A stretch of DNA of 64,000 nt from Neoechinorhynchus agilis (Eukaryota > Animalia > Acanthocephala), in contig CM121341.1 in the NCBI GenBank assembly GCA_051530055.1, forward strand, positions 4,318,784-4,382,783, given 5' to 3'. A program made the translations under genes and the position numbers. Positions within the stretch are counted from its first letter, which is position 1; every line of letters begins with the position of its first letter. Below are positions 60,338-64,000 of this stretch, in pieces. The notes beneath the pieces were generated by a model. It was not told the DNA's origin and did not search any database. It saw only the letters and a program-made list of their open reading frames with translations.

Positions 60338-63300
60338 TACGGCAAAAAACGAAGGATTTCCAGCAACCCAAAGTCAAAATTTCTTGTTTTTATATACGTA
60401 AACCTCAAAAAATAACGATAGAAAAACGGTTTTTTTCGGAGATTTGAAAATGAACGGCAAAAAACGACGGATTTCCAGCAACCCAAAGTCAAAATTTCTT
60501 GTTTTTATACATAAACCTCAAAAAATAACGATAGAAAAGCGGTTTTTTTCGGAGATTTGAAAATGAACGGCAAAAAAAGACGGATTTCTAAAAACCCAAA
60601 GTCAAAATTTCTTGTTTTTATACATAAACCTCAAAAATAACGATAGAAAAGCGGTTTTTTTCGGAGATTTGCAAATGAACGGCAAAAAAGACGGATTTCT
60701 AAAAACCCAAAGTCAAAATTTCTTGTTTTTATACATAAACCTCAAAAAATAACGATAGAAAAGCGGTTTTTTTCGGAGATTTGAAAATGAACGGCAAAAA
60801 AGACGGATTTCCAGCAACCCAAAGTCAAAATTTCTTGTTTTTATACATAAACCTCAAAAAATAACGATAGAAAAGCGGTTTTTTTCGGAGATTAGAAAAT
60901 GAACGGCAAAAAAAGACGGATTTCTAATAACCCAAAGTCAAAATTTCTTGTTTTTATACATAAACCTCAAAAAATAACGATAGAAAAACGGGTTTTTTCG
61001 GAGATTTGCAAATGAACGGCAAAAAAGACGGATTTCTAAAAACCCAAAGTCAAAATTTCTTGTTTTTATACATAAACCTCAAAAAATAACGATAGAAAAA
61101 CGGGTTTTTTCGGAGATTTGAAAATGAACGGCAAAAAAGACGGATTTCTAAAAACCCAAAGTCAAAATTTCTTGTTTTTATACATAAACCTCAAAAAATA
61201 ACGATAGAAAAACGGTTTTTTCGGAGATTTGAAAATGAACGGCAAAAAAAGACGGATTTCCAACAACCCAAAGTCAAAATTTCTTGTTTTTATACATAAA
61301 CCTCAAAAAATAACGATAGAAAACGGGTTTTTCGGAGATTTGAAAATGAACGCCAAAAAAGACGGATTTCTAAAAACCAAAGTCAAAATTTCTTGTTTTT
61401 ATACATAAACCTCAAAAAATAACGATAGAAAACGGGTTTTTTCGGAGATTTGCAAATGAACGGCAAAAAAAGACGGATTTCTAAAAACCCAAAGTCAAAA
61501 TTTCTTGTTTTTATACATAAACCTCAAAAAATAACGATAGAAAAACGGTTTTTTTCGGAGATTAGAAAATGAACGCCAAAAAAGACGGATTTCTAAAAAC
61601 CCAAAGTCAAAATTTCTTGTTTTTATACATAAACCTCAAAAATAACGATAGAAAAACGGGTTTTTTCGGAGATTTGAAAATGAACGGCAAAAAAAGACGG
61701 ATTTCTAATAACCCAAAGTCAAAATTTCTTGTTTTTATACATAAACCTCAAAAAATAACGATAGAAAAACGGTTTTTTTCGGAGATTTGAAAATGAACGG
61801 CAAAAAAGACGGATTTCTAAAACCCAAAGTCAAAATTTCTTGTTTTTATACATAAACCTCAAAAATAACGATAGAAAAACGGTTTTTTTCGGAGATTTGC
61901 AAATGAACGGCAAAAAAGACGGATTTCTAATAACCCAAAGTCAAAATTTCTTGTTTTTATACATAAACCTCAAAAAATAACGATAGAAAAACGGGTTTTT
62001 TCGGAGATTTGCAAATGAACGGCAAAAAAGACGGATTTCTAAAAACCCAAAGTCAAAATTTCTTGTTTTTATACATAAACCTCAAAAAATAACGATAGAA
62101 AAACGGTTTTTTTCGGAGATTAGAAAATGAACGGCAAAAAGACGGATTTCTAAAAACCCAAAGTCAAAATTTCTTGTTTTTATACATAAACCTCAAAAAT
62201 AACGATAGAAAAACGGTTTTTTTCGGAGATTTGCAAATGAACGGCAAAAAAGACGGATTTCTAAAAACCCAAAGTCAAAATTTCTTGTTTTTATACATAA
62301 ACCTCAAAAAATAACGATAGAAAAACGGTTTTTTTCGGAGATTTGCAAATGAACGGCAAAAAAGACGGATTTCTAAAAACCCAAAGTCAAAATTTCTTGT
62401 TTTTATACATAAACCTCAAAAAATAACGATAGAAAAACGGTTTTTTTCGGAGATTTGCAAATGAACGGCAAAAAAGACGGATTTCTAAAAACCCAAAGTC
62501 AAAATTTCTTGTTTTTATACATAAACCTCAAAAAATAACGATAGAAAAACGGTTTTTTTCGGAGATTTGCAAATGAACGCCAAAAAAGACGGATTTCTAA
62601 AAACCCAAAGTCAAAATTTCTTGTTTTTATACATAAACCTCAAAAAATAACGATAGAAAAACGGTTTTTTTCGGAGATTTGAAAATGAACGGCAAAAAAA
62701 GACGGATTTCTAAAAACCCAAAGTCAAAATTTCTTGTTTTTATACATAAACCTCAAAAAATAACGATAGAAAAACGGTTTTTTCGGAGATTTGCAAATGA
62801 ACGGCAAAAAAAGACGGATTTCTAAAAACCCAAAGTCAAAATTTCTTGTTTTTATACATAAACCTCAAAAAATAACGATAGAAAAACGGTTTTTTTCGGA
62901 GATTTGCAAATGAACGGCAAAAAAGACGGATTTCTAAAAACCCAAAGTCAAAATTTCTTGTTTTTATACATAAACCTCAAAAAATAACGATAGAAAAACG
63001 GTTTTTTTCGGAGATTTGCAAATGAACGGCAAAAAAGACGGATTTCTAAAAACCCAAAGTCAAAATTTCTTGTTTTTATACATAAACCTCAAAAAATAAC
63101 GATAGAAAAACGGTTTTTTTCGGAGATTTGCAAATGAACGGCAAAAAAGACGGATTTCTAAAAACCCAAAGTCAAAATTTCTTGTTTTTATACATAAACC
63201 TCAAAAAATAACGATAGAAAAACGGGTTTTTTCGGAGATTTGCAAATGAACGGCAAAAAAGACGGATTTCCAGAAACCCAAAGTCAAAATTTCTTGTTTT

Positions 63301-64000
63301 ATATACATAAACCTCAAAAATAACGATAGAAAAACGGTTTTTTCGGAGATTTGAAAATGAACGGCAAAAAAGACGGATTTCAAAAACCCAAAGTCAAAAT
63401 TTCTTGTTTTTATACATAAACCTCAAAAAATAACGATAGAAAAACGGGTTTTTTCGGAGATTTGAAAATGAACGGCAAAAAAGACGGATTTCTAAAAACC
63501 CAAAGTCAAAATTTCTTGTTTTTATACATAAACCTCAAAAAATAACGATAGAAAAACGGGTTTTTTCGGAGATTTGAAAATGAACGGCAAAAAAGACGGA
63601 TTTCTAAAAACCCAAAGTCAAAATTTCTTGTTTTTATACATAAACCTCAAAAAATAACGATAGAAAAACGGTTTTTTTCGGAGATTTGAAAATGAACGGC
63701 AAAAAAGACGGATTTCTAAAAACCCAAAGTCAAAATTTCTTGTTTTTATACATAAACCTCAAAAAATAACGATAGAAAAACGGTTTTTTTCGGAGATTTG
63801 CAAATGAACGGCAAAAAAAGACGGATTTCTAAAAACCCAAAGTCAAAATTTCTTGTTTTTATACATAAACCTCAAAAAATAACGATAGAAAAACGGGTTT
63901 TTTCGGAGATTTGCAAATGAACGGCAAAAAAAGACGGATTTCTAAAAACCCAAAGTCAAAATTTCTTGTTTTTATACATAAACCTCAAAAATAACGATAG
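60338..64000. repeat. Tandem array H: ~112-113-bp unit, >30 copies, inside an ArgRS intron; runs off the window
   Basis: aacccaaagtc at 60365, 60480, 60593 and onward. Confidence 0.98.

Noticed and set aside
24666-64000. Arrays as CRISPR-like repeat-spacer structures
   Set aside because: Units are homogeneous with no unique spacers; eukaryotic context with no cas genes

Overview
This is eukaryotic (metazoan) DNA from a compact, gene-dense, fast-evolving genome. Recognisable genes: PSMC3/Rpt5, a small heat-shock protein, MRPL51, a TBC1D15/17-like Rab-GAP, a solitary H2A with a 3' stem-loop, a very divergent beta-tubulin-like gene, a STRA6-like gene, an SLC7/LAT transporter, YEATS4/GAS41, APH-1, MRPL36, RBX1 and the 3' exon of cytoplasmic ArgRS. 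The first 10 kb is a rearranged zone. It holds four copies of an eIF3e C-terminal (PCI) ORF (two form a ~2.1-kb palindrome), a CRE-like retroelement fragment, and a decayed I/Jockey-type LINE followed by a dUTPase remnant. About 19 kb (~30%) is eight unrelated tandem arrays lying between or inside housekeeping genes. The main finding comes from rebuilding genes by hand against remembered homologues, which reveals two intron classes. Class 1 is canonical GT-AG, almost all 44-52 nt long, often ending in AAG. Class 2 is non-canonical: exonic T, then A(G/A)...A(T/C), with the two intron ends folding into a stem. Class 2 is seen in PSMC3, the TBC gene, SLC7 and APH-1, probably YEATS4, and possibly ArgRS; three of these have a TA duplication at the ends, as expected for MITE-derived introners. 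This resembles the AG/AC and AG/AT introns described in the larvacean Fritillaria borealis, but I cannot identify the organism. All splice calls are inferences without RNA data, and homopolymer sequencing errors are evident in places.
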